From assembly GCA_017499595.2 (NCBI GenBank), contig CM039010.1, positions 1,488,001-1,552,000 on the forward strand: a stretch of DNA of 64,000 nucleotides. Direction: 5' to 3'. The DNA is from Psilocybe cubensis. Its lineage: Eukaryota. Position numbers and translations under genes: made by a program. The notes beneath the pieces were generated by a model that saw nothing but the letters and a program-made list of their open reading frames with translations, searched no databases and was not told the origin of the DNA. This document shows, in pieces, positions 62,847-64,000 of this stretch (position 1 is the first letter of the stretch; every line of letters begins with the position of its first letter).

Positions 62847-63830
62847 CTAAGCAAGCTGGGTCTTCACTGTTTGGCTGCTGATTGACCGCATTGTACTAGT
62901 TGTAGATAACCTCGATGGTGCAGTTTTTACACGTTTCATTCGTCCTGCAGAAGGCGACGTTTCGAGGGGCTCTTCCTCTGATTCTTTCTCTTCTTCTTGG
63001 AATATCTCCAGGTTTCGCTTTCCACCGACTCGGCCATAACATGCAGAATCGTTTTTCCAAGACCATTTATCGTCGTCCGGAAGGTTAAGCATGTGTTTAC
63101 GCAGAATCGCAATGACAGCTTTATGCGTGGGTTTGGATCCATGGATTGACTGAAGAAAGATCAACTGACGTAGCTCCTCCATGCATGGAGCCAAGTCTTT
63201 GAAGTAGGGCGTGAAACAGTCGGTAATGCCTACTTTGAAATCTTCTGGAGATGGTGTCTTCATGAGCACGCCTTTTGTAACGGCAATGAGTGTGAAGTCG
63301 CTGCCGTGTCATACTTTTTTTTTTTTGGTGGAGCCACGTAGTAAACGACAGCTTACAAGAGTTAGTTTCGAGTACTGGCCAAAGGGTGCGAGGGTTATAA
63401 ACCCTCACTAACAGTAGTGATTGAGAGATTGAAGAGAATGCCGACCCGGAGGAATGCTTTAGGCACATCGTATTAAAGGCAGTGTGGGACTTTGACATAG
63501 GTTTTGTCCGCGTCCGCGAAGACGCGTCATTATGCCTGTACCCACTACAACCCCCTTCATTCTAGTCCAATCCTCGTGCAGGTATTCCTCATCTTTGAGG
63601 TTCCCTGCCACGTCTTTAGGACGGTCTCGAAACAGTTCATTTTCAAAAAGGGCAGCATAAAGATTCCAGAAACTGGCGCTGAGGTTAAAACGGTGATCCA
63701 TTCCAAATTCAATCGTTTTGAGTTGCCAGCTTTTTATTCCTCCGCGGCGTGCTGTAGCCAGTTCATAATGGTTATTGATAAATAACGAAACTAATAGCAT
63801 ATGGGCTCGTCATAAAGGCGCTGTATCTAG
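62847..63830 (-). pseudogene. Probable 3' part of a fungal-type (FunK1-like) protein kinase, disrupted; may continue beyond the window
   Basis: FTPYFKDLAPCMEELRQLIF..PTHKAVIAILRKH resembles FunK1 C-termini. Upstream TAPF(M)-like and HCL*YD segments show a frameshift and a stop. Confidence 0.45.
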
Positions 63831-64000
63831 CAATTTAAAGTCTATGTAGTTGTGCCTTGCAAAAAAGCACATCATAATTTTGGGAGGTTTGGACATGAAT
63901 AAATAAGATTGAGTTACAGTATCAGTATTAAGGTCAAGGAACAGTGTAACGAAACAATGGTAGAAAGCGAGATAGCAGGAGGGGTTAACGATACGGTGAA

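Overview
Eukaryotic fungal DNA, most consistent with an agaric basidiomycete (many ~50-60 nt GT-AG introns; F-box, HNH-like and FunK1-like families). There are three zones. (1) 1-18 kb is ordinary gene space: a partial F-box gene, an aquaglyceroporin, exopolyphosphatase PPX1, a hypothetical gene, an atypical G-alpha (catalytic Gln replaced by Cys), an aquaporin relic and an ICMT-family methyltransferase. (2) ~18.8-31 kb is saturated with short tandem repeats, mostly 7-mers. It holds a second aquaglyceroporin with inflated introns, a ~3.1-3.4 kb tandem duplication of the divergent aquaporin/ISD11 intergenic region including aquaporin exon 1, then ISD11, RCF1 and URM1. (3) ~31.1-61 kb, between URM1 and SEC11, is a head-to-tail array of six ~3-7 kb units. 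Each unit carries a 7-exon non-RD (HSD/HND) Ser/Thr kinase with a long Ser-rich N-terminus (5 apparently intact, 1 pseudogene). Five units also carry a co-oriented small 2-exon gene of an unrecognised family (2 intact, 1 transposon-split, 2 frameshifted). The spacer holds a near-invariant 17-bp motif and conserved opposite-strand splice signals. This co-duplicated kinase + partner cassette is the best candidate for an undescribed system; allorecognition, defence or toxin-antidote roles are hypotheses only. All gene models were spliced by eye and no database searches were run.
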